DNA of 64,000 nt from Hydrolagus colliei (GCA_035084275.1 CM068749.1:15500001-15564000); one strand, 5' to 3'. Counted from the stretch's first letter, positions 37,855-52,707 are shown. Notes: generated by a model not told the origin, from the sequence alone. Program-made: numbers and translations.

Positions 37855-39508
37855 ATTCACCCCTTGCCTTTGCCTCAGTTCCCATAACAAGCTGGAAATG
37901 CATTATGGTGTGTTCACAATTACATGGGTAATATATGGGAGTCTGTGTTCAAGAGCAACTTATGCATGAAATGTTTGGTGTCTGAAAATAAATAGCTTTG
38001 GTGTATGTGCAAGTTTACACATTGCATATAAGAAGAAAATAATTTACTGTATCACAAAACAATTACTTGTACTCACTTTGCCAAGGAATGCAAGTGTTGA
38101 CTATTTTGGTGAAGTTAACCCCAAAATAGATCGTTTGCAAACTTGGCTGAGAATCATGCCTTTAAAGTAGCAATCCCCACCCAAATTAATGCTTAAACCT
38201 GCAGATTTATGTTCATTTTAGAATGCAGGAGAAATCAATTTGTGTTGAAGCAAATTATCCTTTTAAACAATTATTCCCTTAACAATAAATCTATTAATTG
38301 CCATTGTAACTGAATCCGGATGTAAGGTCTTCGTTGAACACTATTGGCTTTGTGTTGAGAACTCAAGTTTTTTTGGGGATGATGAATCACTGTAAAAGTG
38401 GAGAATAAATTTGAAAATAAGTCGTGGTAGTTGTGATGATATGTTGCAGTACAAATGACATGGTTGCAAATCATTTCTGGACCCATTTGCAAACGGTGAG
38501 TATTGGAATCACTGAGAGATTTTAAGGAACTAGTTTTTTGATAACATGGAAATCCTCTCACCCAATATTAGAATTCTGCTTGTGCACTTTGTTACAGTGT
38601 GCCAAACTGTGGTATCAGCTGCTAGTTTTTCTTAAGAATAGTGAGCCAATTCAATAAGGAGCGCGAAGTATAAATCTGTCTTCCCTCGTCTGCATTGCAC
38701 TACTGCTGGAAGCAATATTGCTTCGCTCCAGAACTAAAAACAAGGCATTAATCATCTCAGTGTCTGACGGCTGCTTCAGTACCTTTTTAATACCTTGGCA
38801 GCAATTGCAGCTGGGACTGGGATTTGCTTCCCAATTCTCTCTGTCTTGGAACATGACTACCCTACTTATTTTTGCCCAAGTTTACATACCTTCCTTTGTT
38901 TTTGTCAGCTAGGAGTTGACATGTGCAGAAATCCCTTGCTGAATTTCTGTTTGCCAACTCTGAACTATTGCAATCTCTCCCCCAAAAGGAAGGGGAGAAG
39001 AAAAAGCCTGCTTGTCTCAGCTGAGAGAACACAGGTACTATTTATCAAAAGCTAAGGGATTAGGATCTCAAAGTGCTTATTGGTAAGAATTTTACTGCTT
39101 GTTCAGCTCAGCAATCCCGGCTATAGAAGCATCAGGAGCTGCTTTCAATGTCTTTGATGAAAACCCCAAATTATCTACAAAAGATGGCCACTGTATGCCA
39201 CAGTATTAGCTAAATTGATAATACAACCAATTTAATTTTCTCACATATCCCAAATTCTTAAAAAGCTTCTTTTGGAAGCACCCAATTACCCTCTTAACCC
39301 ATCTGTATTTTTAACGCATTCTAAGGCATTCAGATAGCAATACTGTCATATACTAAGGCAATAGTTGGAAGTTAATCATGATCTCAATTTGTTACACAAT
39401 CATGTCTTGTTAAACACAAAACATATTATAAAAAGCATCTAGGTTTCTATCCTTGAAGACGCATAGATCCCATCACTCCAAATGTTCCATGAGAAACAGA
39501 AAAATTTA

Positions 39509-39648
39509 TAACAATCCATAGATTTTATATAGCGAAATATCACTTCATCATGATATCTCAAAGTGCTTCACTGCATACACTGGGTAAAATGATGTGACTT
39601 GCGTATTTTGCAGGCGAACGTGGCAGCCAATTTATGCAAGGCAATGTT
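39509..39648 (-). mobile_element. SINE 3' part
   Basis: atctcaaagtgcttcac...gtggcagccaattt. Confidence 0.7.
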
Positions 39649-42600
39649 GCTAGATAAAGTTTCCCCATCAGCTATTCATTTGGTATTTTGCAACCAGGCA
39701 AATTTATTTAACTTTGGTTTTAATTATTATTCATTCTTTTGGGAGAAATGTACCCATTCTCTTGTTTCCAAGTTTCCTAGGGAATTTTCAGTGCTACTTT
39801 GGGTAAATGGATTTGCGCTTCTCAAATATATTCCCACTTTGTCTTTCCAGCTATGTTCAGTAGGTCCTTTTTTGCCCCCTCTTGTCTCAATTAACTTCAT
39901 CTGGTCTGCAGTTCTTGGTGGCAGAGAATGCAACTAGTTATGCTTTTCTTCTCTTTTGCAAGGGTCAATATCACACACATTTTGCATGAACTGGAAAAAT
40001 ACGTAAGCTTGCCAACAGATAAAGTGAAAATGTTATTCCCAGACGCTGTGCCACATGGTTTGGTTTCTTAGGATTCAGGCTTTTCATGATGCATAATGCT
40101 AGCCAGATCTCCAGAGGATGGAACATCCGTGGCCAGCCCAAACATCTGTGACTGCATGACAGCTTCTCTCTGGAGAGTAGTAAAAAACCTAGAACAGGTT
40201 TATTGAGGAGGGCATTTAACTATCTCAAACATCTGGACAGTTACTGACCATTTCTTTGCTCTACTGTTACTGAGTTCTTCTGCTAAATCTAAAATTCACC
40301 ACAACATCTCCACCTTAGACTGATGGAGTGACCATTGTTCACAAGGTGATGTCCACCTTTGTGCTCTCATCCTAGAACAAAATGGATCCTATTTAAAACA
40401 GACAGACCGAAAGCTCATATCTATAAAAAGGGAAAAAACAAACTCCACTAAAATGAATCTGGGTATACTGCCAGAATCTGTCTCACTGAACAATTGTTTT
40501 ATGATATTTGTTCAAATGTTGCTTTGTTATTTCTTCCCGGTCTGGAAAGACAACAGCCTCTGGTTTGGGTTCCTCATCCTTGTTTTCTTTTGTGAAGTAC
40601 TGTGTGTCTTGTACAGATTTGATGAATTATGAATTAATTGTTCTTAAGGCAACAAAAATTTCTACACATGTGCACATAGCTAGCTAATAAACCATCTTTG
40701 AAAGATGCCAGAGGCATGAAAAATCATGACACAATAGTTTGGCCATCAGATGTAATGTGTGGCCCCTTGCAAGGATACTCCCAATATCCACTCATCTGTT
40801 TAACAAGATGACTAATTCCAAGTCTATATATTCTCCCTAAAAAATGATATCCTGATCTCCAAGCACTGTACTTTCTCCTCACTTGCAACTTCCTTAAATA
40901 AATGTGCCTGGCAACTATTATTCCAGTGTAGAATACTGGGTTCTCCTCTTACTTAAAGAGGAGCGAGAACTAACAGTTACAGGTATCATTGATTTATTTC
41001 AGAGAAATGCACAAACATAAATTCTGTAAATGCTTTGTGGCGGAGAATGTGTAGCTGATTTCTCAAGCAATACAAATTACATATTAAAAAATTCTCCGAA
41101 GCATACTGTAGACTTGTGAACATGTTAAATATTGGACTCTTTATGCCAAGGCAAACTGATGAAACTTAACACATGTTAACACGTAGGAGGGAGAGGAGAA
41201 GCAATACCTTTCAAGAATGATTATTTATTACATATAAACTGTGATATGTCTATTTCGTTGATTAGATTGGAAAATAGCAGATTGGCACACTAGATTGCAA
41301 AGCGTGTTCTACTTAGATTTCAATCAAGATGTCAACAGTACAAATCATACGTTGTTATGGGTAGAAACTGTTGATGAGAGATTCTGTTGTAGACAAAAAC
41401 CTATAAAATTTGAAAGGGAGCATAGGGAATAATGTCAAGATATCTATATCCTGTTTGTATCTGGTTAATCTGGCAGGAATTTGGATCCTTCCTGGTTGTT
41501 TGACTGGATGTATAAATCTAAATTTTATTTGCTATATTTGCTATATGCTCAGCGAATCAACTGATGCAGGAACCAATAAATCTGTAATGGCATAACTAAA
41601 ATTAAATCTTAATAAAAAAGTAATTCATTTTACAGCACTAATTTGGTGTTTGTTCTAATGTGTGGCATTGATTCTGCCACACGGATCACAATCTCTCACA
41701 GATGGGCCAGATTTGATGCGGATTAATTGTTCCAATTGCTTTTTATAAGTATAGGTGATGAATGTTATCGTTTCATCAGTTACAGTAATGCAACCTGTCC
41801 CATTCTGATTCAATAGACTGAGATTTGAGTGTTGGCAGGTGTCACAATGCTGTTTTGTATTGATAAAACCATGTTTAATCCTGTCCTCGCCCAAGTTGAC
41901 GTGCAAGCAGTTTCCAGCAGAAGTCATTGAACGTGATCAGGAAACAGGAATCCTGGTTGCTTTTCTTTCCCAAGTGGTGGAGAGAGGAGGAGGAGCGATT
42001 TAGTTTGAGATTGTTTGTACCCTTCAAAGAATGTAGAAGTCTTGATGGTGGGGTATTTTTTGTAAGATAAACAGATGACCGTTTGCTGAAAAGATTTTGA
42101 ACCCCAGTAAATGATAGCGAGTCTAGTGCAGAGCTGCCACACAAGTATAAAGTTAAAAGGGTAAAAACTCTATTCTGACTAGTTAATTGCTAGTGTTCTG
42201 TTCCTGAACTAATTGTTCTGGCTTATTAAGCAGCTGCATAACTAATTGGCTGGAATGTTGCAGAGAGATTTTAGCTGATCAAGTGAAGAGTTAGTGTGCT
42301 TCTGAAGAGAGAGCAATTACTATGCTCTTCAGGGTTTTGTTCTGTGCCGTTAGTTGTATTTTAGATGTTATTTGTTGGACTTAGTATTTAGTGAAGTTAC
42401 TAAGAAAAGAAGCTGCTATTCTTTTTGTGCAGTTCAAGATATAAAAGTGAGTAGAAACTTGTTTTTCAACCTGTAGCCTTTGAATCACTGCTTAACAGGG
42501 TTGATGATACAACTGTGAAAAAAGGATTTTGTTTTGTTCACTTTGCTAATCCTTTATCCTGGAAATTACTTCAGCTGCCACTTTACTGTTTGAGCTGGTT

Positions 42601-42892
42601 CTGATATCTTGACTCTGAACAGCATTAAACTATAGTTATAGAGTAAATGGACTGACTGAGGACTTTTACTTGTTGCAGTGAGAAGAGGCATGGGTAAATG
42701 TCAACAGAGACACAGAAATAAGTCATTGTTAATATTTGAGGCCTTGTTTGTCAGTAAGGCCTTGTTTGTCATAGTGTGAGTCAGTCAGCTTCCAGCCGAT
42801 GTGTGCCTAGTTTATGCTGTGTTTTTCACAGTGAGAAGCAAACTAAAACCAAGTGCAAAGCTAAATCTGGTGAAATGGGGTGCGGAGTGTGG

Positions 42893-43118
42893 CGGGGGCA
42901 CTCGATAGTCCAAAGGTTCAGTAGTCTGAAGGCTTGATAGTCCGAAGGTTCGATAGTCCGAACACACAAATTTCCTATACCCGGGGCGGTTACCGTGGGT
43001 ACCTCTTGATAATCCGAAAATAAGGTTCGTTAATCCGAACATTTGGTGCGATAGTCTGAAACTTCATTAGTCCAAGTGTTAGGGTTAGGGGAAGCTTCAG
43101 ACTATCGAGCTGTAACCG
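42893..43118. mobile_element. 226-bp non-autonomous DNA transposon, CGG...CCG termini, 6-bp TSD
   Basis: GTGTGG at 42887-42892 and 43119-43124; subterminal IR ctcgatagtc/gactatcgag; internal ggttcgatagtccgaa-like repeats; ttagggttaggg near right end. Confidence 0.8.
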
Positions 43119-44044
43119 GTGTGGTATTGGGGCAGTAGTAAATAAAAATTTGAACAGTGCCGCTTAATATCATAGTTAACCAATGCAGCCAAGTTTCTGG
43201 ATTTTATTTTGTACTAAATTGTATTTTTTTTGTTAATTTCATTATTATGAGATCAAATTATTTTCATGAAGTCAGTTAAAATAAAACCTTCATTTTCAGG
43301 GTTTGAACCAAGGAACAGCTCTGAATTTAAATAATTATTTTTAAATTACTCGAGTGAAGATTCAAGCTATGCATAAAACAAACTCCATCAAATTTTCATG
43401 AATTTACAGTTCTGACATGTAAAACATGCCCAAGTAATGAAATGTGTTCTGGTTGTCCAAACTTAAAACATAGCAAATAGCAATCTTGCAATTCATACTG
43501 AGATATAAATTCGATCAAATAAAAGGATAGCTATATCTTGAATACACTAACTCAAAGCAGAACCGGAAATCCAGGTACTTTGGGGTCTGATCTGAAATTG
43601 TCGCTTTTAAAATAGACTGCCAACAGCTTGTATATTTGCATTCTTCTAATCGCCAAACTGAGATCACAGAAGGAATTTCAAAGAACTACCAGATGTCTCT
43701 GAGCTTTACTGTAACTACTTTTGAAACTGTCCTAACGTAAACGATACAAGACTGAAATACAACTACCTACTGTGACAGTGAATTGTAAATTCAATTCAAT
43801 TGTGAATTGTATATTGAGAAACTGATGCTTTTTATAATCCAAATGTATCACTTCCCTGAGCTTTATACTTAGCGTTCATAAGTGATTGCGCCTGCTGAAA
43901 TAAATAGTGGGATTGCTTCTGAATCAAATCTGGAAACAATTTGACATATAAAGTGTGACTTTTTCCCCATATGCCTGCTTTCCTAACAGCCATGTGGATT
44001 AAGACACAATCTGGAGGATTCTCTTGCAGAGAAGGTTGGAGCAT

Positions 44045-44460
44045 GTGTTAAGTTAGCTGAACTCAGATGGAGCAGTAATTGGGATGCTATAATTGGTGCA
44101 CTTGCATTTGGGTGAAAGGAGGAAATGAGCTAAATTCCTGCTTTTGATTACTTTCAAGTGATTTCTATTGCAAAGTTCACCTATAAAATATACAGTCACT
44201 ACACTTCACAGTAAAAATCTTGCATTGAGACATTGCAATGCCACGGTAAGGAGCTGCATTAAAGCCAGGGTTATTATTATTTAAATACATGTATGTAAAG
44301 TTAGTATGGTAACCTTGGCTGTAATGATCTCCTTTTCAATAGCTGCCCAGCTTTTACTACTGGCAGAATTCCACATGAAGAACTAGCATGTTGGGTCAGG
44401 AGATGCTGTTGGCTGTAGAACAGTAGCCCAAGCACTGGTCTCCGGCTTTGGGGGAAAAGT
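44045..44460 (+). mobile_element. AmnSINE2-like relic with a nested SINE tail (~44170-44282)
   Basis: gttagctgaactcag...ctataattgg...ttcctgcttttgatt, then after the insert ttggctgtaatg...cacatgaagaa. Confidence 0.65.
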
Positions 44461-46049
44461 GCCAAATGTATTCAAAAAATATTAGTCTGCGCTTAATTAA
44501 AATTGAATGGCAATCTCTACAGACATGATACTGATTTACAAATGAAGTCTACAATTACAGTTTCAATGTGACTATAAATTTGAACATTGCACTTTAATTA
44601 GTACAGAGTCAAAACGATGTAACCGTGTTTCAACAAGCTGTGCCACACAATAGTAGGATGTAGATTCATGCTGCGATTTCCCACATGGTGTGCCAAGTAT
44701 CAAGCAGAGACTGGGAGCTTCCCCATAGGGATGAAGGGGAAAAAAAATAGCTGGTGAATTAAGTCAGACTGCCCTTGTGTAGCTAGTAGCCTATTTAAAA
44801 ATGACATTCACAAAAGCCTTAGAGTCTCTTGTTCCGAGAAAGGTGGAAGTGTGCAGGGTACAGCTGAGAAAGTTAGTAATATGCATATACTGTAAATAAT
44901 CTCATTTTAGCAATGCTCAAAATAACTTCTCCGATAAACTTGTTTTATGAAGTTTTTTTAAAAAAAATCTTCAGATAAGTATCCTATCCTGTGTTCACAA
45001 TTGTTTTCTCCACCTGCAGTAATTAGTTACTTTGTGGCACTTTGTCTTCTGTGGAGCACGTGCGGTCATCTTATTAAAATATCCATTTCATACACAGTCC
45101 AAAATCCAGTATTAAGTTGATTCTCGTATGACTTCATGGAAGGGATTTCCATGTCAGAGGAGAGCTGTGAATCTGATAGGATAGATACCATCTCCAAGGT
45201 CGAGAATCTAAGGGCTACAAGTGTGCCAGTGCTGTCCCTGTGCCAGTGAGGAGTTGACAAGAGTGCAAGTTCTTTTGTCCTCCATCTTTGAATTACAACA
45301 CACAAGTCAGAGGGTCGACTATGACACTTTGTCAGACACAGTTGACTAGTACAAGCTGTCAACAGTCTCAATGCAGAGCCAAAGCACATTGGAGGAGCCA
45401 CCACTTACTTTATGAGGCAGTGAAATATATCCGAGCCATTGGCAATCTGGATATATCAAGATGCACAGTGGCATCATGATCTATTGTTGAGTATTATGTA
45501 AATTGGCTGGAGGCGGTTGGCAAAGCAGACTGGCTCTCTGTTCAATCTGCTCATCACACTGGTGCGATATCTGCAGGTTTCCAAATCATTCAGAGATAAT
45601 GTTCCACATCCTGAAAGAGATTAGTAATTAAAACATTAAATGCCAATGTTCACTTTTACACTGATTCCTTTACCATACATTGATATTAACCCATAATACA
45701 TTCAGCCAAAAATAAACCTAATCTTAATTTCTGGTCAGCAGATACCAATTTTCCCCATAAACCTCACAAATGGAACAATTCCCGCCTCCTGACAAGTAAT
45801 CTAAACATTTTCAAAATTCCACTTGACATATGGATTCAAGTCAGTTCATGAAGCCCTGAAACTACCACAACATTCAGCAGCCTGCCCAAATCACAAACAA
45901 TGCAAAATAAAGTTCTAATATTATTTGTTCTCAGCTACAACCATCTAGTCGCTGAATAATTTTAAAACTGGTTATTCTCTTTCGTTCCTTCTTTTGCTGT
46001 TTTTCATCATCATGAAAGATGATGAGACTGGGTGAAGAGTTGCCAACCC

Positions 46050-46480
46050 TTTCATTTCCTTGCCAGCACCGTTCCAGTTGCCAAATGATTTCCCTTTGCT
46101 CGCATTTCCTTCTGTGCACAATCTATCAAATATCTTTTATGCCTCATTGTGCTTCATTTTCTGATCTAATAGCATGGTATTGCCAACTGGGTCGTGTCTG
46201 AGCCCATCCAAATCATATGTCTGAACCATTTTAATTTTCTCTCAACTACCTTCTGTGCAACAGTTGTTTGAGGACCAATCTGTCTACCATGGTGTAGTTT
46301 GACAACTCCCACGTTTTCTCTCAGAAATGTATGCTGGCACCACAAGATTCTTCTTCCATACTCCTTTATAAAAGTGCAGCCTTCACATCTGTACATCGGG
46401 GATGATTGTGCCTTACCACACTATATTGCTGGGAACGATGTAACATTGATCCCTGATGTAATACAAAGCTTTCCTTGGTT
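46050..46480 (-). mobile_element. Decayed RTE-clade LINE C-terminal fragment
   Basis: ORF 46166-46396: MYRCEGCT...RRI...FLRENVGV...RKLKWFRHMIWM resembles the RTE motifs LYGCExWT and RxLxWFGHVxRM. Confidence 0.7.
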
Positions 46481-47251
46481 GTAGGTTTTACTCCAGAATG
46501 GTTATTTCATGTAGCGACAATACTGTTCACAACCATGGCCCAATAAATTTATTTGAGATTTTTAATGCAGAACTTCGACTCTCAGATTCCAATGATAGAG
46601 AAGTGAACTGGGTATCACATTAAGGGCTGGCTCAATCTTACAGATTAATTAAACGAAATATTTCATTACTATTTAAAATGGATGTTATTATATACATTGA
46701 TGTATTCTCCTGGTGTGAAAGGCAGTAGATAAAGTAAATTGCTTTGTATTGTGCATTCAATTAATTATTATCCATTTGGGTTCTTGTGTGTATACATTTA
46801 AAATACTCCTTAACTTTAATTCCAGGTGATAATTTGTGGTTAGTAACTTAATTATTCAGTGATTTCTTTGGTTACTATCACATGTTCTGACTATTCATAA
46901 TGCTTTGATTACTTTCATCCATTGGATTTAGTATCCATAGTGTTTGAGGTGCCTACATGTGACGAAAAAAATATTGAAACAAAAATCTATCTTTACAAGC
47001 CTTGGGAGGTATATTTATCATACCATCAGGAGTAATTTTAAAATTATGCTCAGTAGATATTAAAAAATGAACTTTTCCCCAAAACTCCCCCAAACAGCAA
47101 TATCGTAGCACTTGCACAGTATAATTGTATGCTGTTAGGATGGGCTTTTATATGCGATATGCTGTTTAACCTGATATTATACTTGGATCTTGGGTTCAAT
47201 GGAATAGTAACTTTGAAGGGAAGGAAGAATTTTCTGGAGTTTTTTTTCTTA

Positions 47252-47476
47252 CTTTTGCCAACAGTCATTGTACTTTACAGTGTATCCTGTGAAGTGCTTT
47301 TGAGACTTGAACGGTGCTATTTTAAATGTAAGAATTACTATTACCTTTGGGAATTGTGAAGTAGCTTTTCAGATAACTGGGTGGGTTGGATATCCATGAT
47401 ATGGCATATTGTGTAGTCTGTGGAAGGAGTGGATTTGATGGGTGAATGCAGTTTTTCTTAGTCCGTGCTTTCTTAA
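47252..47476 (+). mobile_element. SINE tail (47252-47345) and CR1 3' UTR remnant (~47420-47476)
   Basis: actttacagtgtatcctgtgaagtgcttttgagac; gatttgatgggtgaatg...tttcttagtccgtgctttctta. Confidence 0.55.
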
Positions 47477-49571
47477 GACATATTAAGTTCCCTGTATGTA
47501 CACTGTAAGATGCAGTCTACAGTTTCCATCAGTGTCATTATCCACATTGACTGAGAGGATAATCAGGCGTTCACTACTGACAAATGTTATCTCTCAAGTT
47601 GAATATGTTGCCTTACTTTTGTCGTCCTTACGAAAATTACCAAAATATCTGCTCTGTTTTCCCGAGACAATCCCTCCAACAGCATATTCTTTCTCAGTAC
47701 TGTAGTCATAGTTCATATCTTGCTGCTGATATTTGTCAGTTCTACAGGGCACATGATACAACACTTGAAATTGTTTTCTGCACAATTATACACCATTGTA
47801 TATTTCCTATGGGTCACATGGATATTTGCAATAACTAATAAATACTTTTTGAATCACTTCAACAACTGGATAATTCATGACTGTTTGAATAACATTCGTT
47901 CTCTTGCTTTAAAAAGAAAAAAAAGCCTTCCTATGTAAAATAACCAGTAGTTTAATAATATTACAGTATATTGTATCTGGTGGATCTTAGATATTAGTAT
48001 TTATCCAAATAAGTGTGCACATCTATTCAAGTAAATATGTGTGCAATTTACCTGTGGACAAAATAGCAAACACTGACAATAAGTTATCTTTCTGGGATCC
48101 TCCTATTCCTGGGAATATTTTCAAATTAGCAATGCTGCTTTGGCTGTGCCTGGCTCCAGACATCTCTGCAACACGACCTATGCAGACATTTCGGAAACAG
48201 GGGCAGAGTTAGTTTCCTTGTTGACTCTAAACAATCAAGTGTTGCTTCAAAAACTGCGCACACCCGTTGCACATTTCATGTCGTGCTTTATTACTGCTGC
48301 TTTTAGATTCAGTTAATCAGATCCTCCCTGCTGTATCTAATAGATTATTTTACTCAGAATGAGGCAATAAACCTACAGTGTTCTGGGAAACCACTGAATT
48401 GCTTGTATTATGCTATGAGCTACTGATAATCTCTAGTTATGATGGTGATGGGTGATAAATCGGCAAATAATATGGTAAGAATTCTCTGAAAAAGAAGTGC
48501 ACAACTGTTAAATACCAATTGTGCTGACAAGATATTTTATTTTGCGAATGGCAACAACTTTAAAGTTATTTTCTGGATCCAGCAGAGATTTGGGACACAA
48601 CCTTTTACAGTTATACAATGTATTGTCAAGGGGCCATTGCTTTCTGTTAGTTGCCATCAGTACGAATATGGTCATTTTTACAGCTTTGGAAATGGGAGAA
48701 TTCCTGAACCGTGGACCTTAACATTTGACCGGACTTTAAAATCATAAAAATATACAAGCCCCTTACTGTTGGTTGAATCTCCTGCGGATAGGAGATTGTG
48801 ACCTCCTCAGATCCACAATGTATACATATGGTTTTACACCAAATAGCATGATTGAAATTAGGGCCAGACTTCCCACATTTGGGTATTTTGATAAGTAAAA
48901 TAAAGACATTGATTTTTAAACAATGTTACTCCCATAATATATTGCAGCATTTCAAGATCCATTACTTTGGCTGAATGCTATTTGTTCCTCTCATTTTGGC
49001 TTCCTGTGATGTTAGTTCCCAAGTAATAGAAAACCCCACACAACATAAAGTTGATAAACATGTTTTTTTCTGCAGTCAGAGTCAAATCTGAATTGTTGGT
49101 GGTTATGATTATTGTGGGGGGCAAAAAACGAGACCAAAATACTTATTTATTGATTTGATGCCAAAACAAACCTCTGTTCTGGAATTCAGAAGAAGTGCAA
49201 ACATTTAGAGAGAAAGACATAAAATTGATTAAATGTGTGTGTGTGTGTGGGGGGTGGGGTGGTGGTGGGAGGGAGAGAGAAAATTATGCATGTATTTCAA
49301 AAAGTGCTGGACCACACAGGAAGCATGACTATGCTGTGAAGGTATATACATCATTTTCGAAAGAAAACAAGTTCACAGCAAAGAAACCAGATGTTCCTTC
49401 ACAATATGTTTAACCCTTTCCAACCAGGGTGGGATTTCCTGCAAGTATAGCTTTTGCAATGCATTTCTCATCGATGACCTTTGTGTGAATTTACTCTTGA
49501 ATTCCTTAAAATACAAATAACTTTGTCCCTTATGCAGTGTTGCTGGAAACTGTGAGTAAGAATATGTCTAC

Positions 49572-49912
49572 AGCAATAAATTACATTGTACAGCGCCTTT
49601 CACGTCAGAGGACATCTACAGTTACTTTATGAAGCACCAATTCAGTGCACTAGTTAAGATGCTGTAGCACCCAAATTATTTTTTATTAAGACTGAAACTC
49701 TGAGTAATTACTGATAATAATCCTTGCATTTGATGTAGTACTTTCACGTCGAGGGAACATCTCAAAGCACTTTACAGGATATAATGTGAAGTGTAGTAGT
49801 GACTGTATTTTGTACAGGAGTGTGGCAGCTAATATTACACAGTAATGTCCCACACACAGCCCTGAAGCAAATGAGCAATTTTATTTCTGGGGGATTGTTG
49901 CCCGGGACTATT
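49572..49912 (-). mobile_element. L2 tail (49572-49620) and SINE 3' half (49714-49912)
   Basis: cagcgcctttcacgtcag; ataatccttgcatttgat...catctcaaagcactttacag...atgtcccac. Confidence 0.7.
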
Positions 49913-51304
49913 TCTCATTCTGTTCTTGTATTGTGTGGGGACAGAAATGTGTCTGAGAAGTTAAATCATGTTTTTACAACTGGAAACTTTAAATTAAAAA
50001 GGTTACATATTAATTTTGGTTTGAAATTGAACAATTTATTCCAGTGAAATAGGTTTAAAACTTGATTCTCAAAACATTAATTGCTAGTAAAGGTGCTATT
50101 TAGAATACAAATGTTATCCTCCAAAAATAGAAAGTTGAACAAACTAATGTATTTCCTTGACGAACTTTAAGGAGAGCAGACCTCCAAACTGCAGGGCCTG
50201 AAGTGCATGGAAACTTATTGACTAGATTTCACACAAGAGCGAGATGTATATTGTACAGCTTCTTTGTAGCCACAGTAACGTTCTTTGAACGTGCCAGGAA
50301 TTATTCATCTAATCCCAAAAGATAGGCCCATGTTCATGATAAAAATGAACAGAGGAATCAAAGCAAAACCAAGGGTGACTGATCTGTGCACCACAATGAG
50401 ATAAACGTCCAACTGGCATCTCAAATCAATCAATCATTATTGTACTAAATTACTCTTGTATTATATAGAACACACTCACATGCTTGCACAAAATTTGCTT
50501 TAGGGTGATCTGTTATATTTACAGTGTACTGTCAAGTTCACAAAGACTGATGGGCTCTCAGCAGTATCCTTCACGTTTAGAACCAAAGGCAGCTAAAAGC
50601 AACTGCTGGATCGTCTTGGAGTTGCATGTTGCAGTTTTCTGTTTGCCTTTTCTTTGCTTGTTTCAAGTGTGACAGTTCATGTGCAATAATTGGTACAATA
50701 TATACTTCAGATCAGACAATATGTTTTGATGTATACATGTGAGTTGAGATGAACTGTAGTATATTTCTAGCTGAAAATGCGAAAAGAAGATAAAGGTAAT
50801 ATATTCGACAGAAATACATAATGGAAGCTAAATAATTCCACATTACTCAAAGATTCATTTTGATTGAAAAGATAGTTTAATTGACTTCGCTTTTCCAAAG
50901 AAAATACACTAATTTCCTTCTTTTTTCTATTATTGAAACCTCTGCAATCTCATAAGAAAAGACTAAATGACTGATTTTCTGAAGATTTTCTCCTGCTCAA
51001 ATGCATTCGAGCCTACTATTTTTGTCACAAATGTTATTTGCAATGGATTTGTGACTGCATGACATTTTCAGTTGCAAGTTTATCAATTTTTGAAAAACAA
51101 ATTTACAGAAAGCAGGGTGGGTGGTGGGGTGGGGGGTGCGGTGGTAGATGGAGAGAAAGTTCTAACCTATTGCATTTTCCAGAGGAGTTTTGCATAACTA
51201 GGAACAGTGAACTTTGGTTGAGAATTCAAACACAGTACCTACAGGTTAATTTGGAAAACAATGTCATTTGCTAATATGAGCCAATTTGAGTTAGTAATCT
51301 TTGC

Positions 51305-51555
51305 CTGCACCTTCGGTCATCATTCCCTTCTCCACCCCTTTTGATTTCCACAACCAGATCAATACAATTCTAATACAGTGTTCATCATATTGAGATGTCC
51401 CCCCGAATGTGAGAAGCACTATATAAATTGTATTGTAATCTGCATTATAATAACTATAATCCTTGCATTTGGTATAATGCCTTGCATATGTGCAGGGTGT
51501 CTCGAAACACTTCACAGGATATACTATCAAATATAGTGACTGTATGCTTCCGTTA
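51305..51555. mobile_element. Tail-to-tail L2 3' end (+, 51305-51440) and SINE tail (-, 51455-51555)
   Basis: gagatgtcccccc...agcactatataaat; ataatccttgcatttggtat...acttcacaggatatact. Confidence 0.6.
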
Positions 51556-52707
51556 AATAAATGAACTGTTTGTGGGTATAAACAAAACAGCGGGATGAAC
51601 GTGCAAAAGAGATCAGGTGGCACTGACACAAACTTAATCAAACAATATTGGCTTGCATTCAGCAGCATGAATAGAGACTTATTATCTTGTGGTCAGCATC
51701 TTTTCAAGCTCAGCAAATTAAATTCCTAATTTCTTAACTACAGGACTATAAACCATTCTTATTTCTTCATCTATTCAATAGAAAATTGTGATTACAAACT
51801 TGAAAAATTAATTTGGATTTAAAACATGAGTGCTGTGAATTGTTAGTTGCATTTGGATAAACAATTGATTTTAGCTTCAGTTACCTCCCATTAGACTGGA
51901 TATTCCAATCTGAGAATCCCATTTTGAGATTCTAATTTCCTAACTCATTACTTTGTATTATCATGATGACTAATCTCACTATATCATGTGTGCACACTTC
52001 TATTCCAGCATTTGCCTTGTGTCGTGTATAATTGTCCATTTAGATTTACATTCATTTTTCCACATGGTACAATGCAAGGATTATTATTTAAAAACTTTCT
52101 GCACAACATTATTTAAAGAGCTCCTGCATCAAAATCAGCTTCTTCAAATGCCCATTATCAATATGGGGAAATTCCTCAGATGCTTCCAAGTATTTTACAC
52201 TCAGGTAATACAGCAGATTTGAAAATCTTACAAGTTTTTAATGGAGCCGACAATGCAATTTGCTGAAGTCGAGTGTGACTCTTCTATCTTATCATGAAGG
52301 AGGAGAAGCCTATGTGCTATAACTTGTATGCTCGACAACACCACCTGTAAATATTTTAACTGCCTCTTTAAGGAACCTAGGGAATATTAATAATTAAATC
52401 ATTAAAATGTGCATCATATATTGAAGGCTCAGTTATAAATAGCCAGCATTATCTAGAGTTTTTTTTCATGTTAATTGCTTAAGGGGAGTTAATGGAGGAA
52501 AACACGCATTAATTGTCTCTAAAATCCTGTGAGCTTTTAATGCCCGATACTGGTCCTGTGCAAATCAGTAAAAAGATTTGATTTTGTAGGAGTATAAGGT
52601 GGTGTCATTAAAAACTTTGAAATTGCTTAATTTTATCTGGAGGATTGTTGGTCAAGTTATGGGGACAAACTTTCTTTTTTACAAACAGATCTTTAAGTCC
52701 CCATTAT

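Noticed and set aside
38645-38676. CCAAT plus TATAAAT plus-strand promoter
   Set aside because: Boxes are unusually close and no downstream exon could be supported.
42301-42332. CUGAAGA plus hairpin as another hammerhead
   Set aside because: The stem is not followed by GAAA; it is only a short palindrome.
42061-42886. Possible solo LTR after a purine-rich stretch
   Set aside because: No second LTR, TSD, primer-binding site or recognisable gag/pol/env motif.
42901-43075. CRISPR-like array
   Set aside because: Degenerate ~11-17-bp units with irregular or no spacers inside a TSD-flanked element; eukaryotic context, no cas genes.
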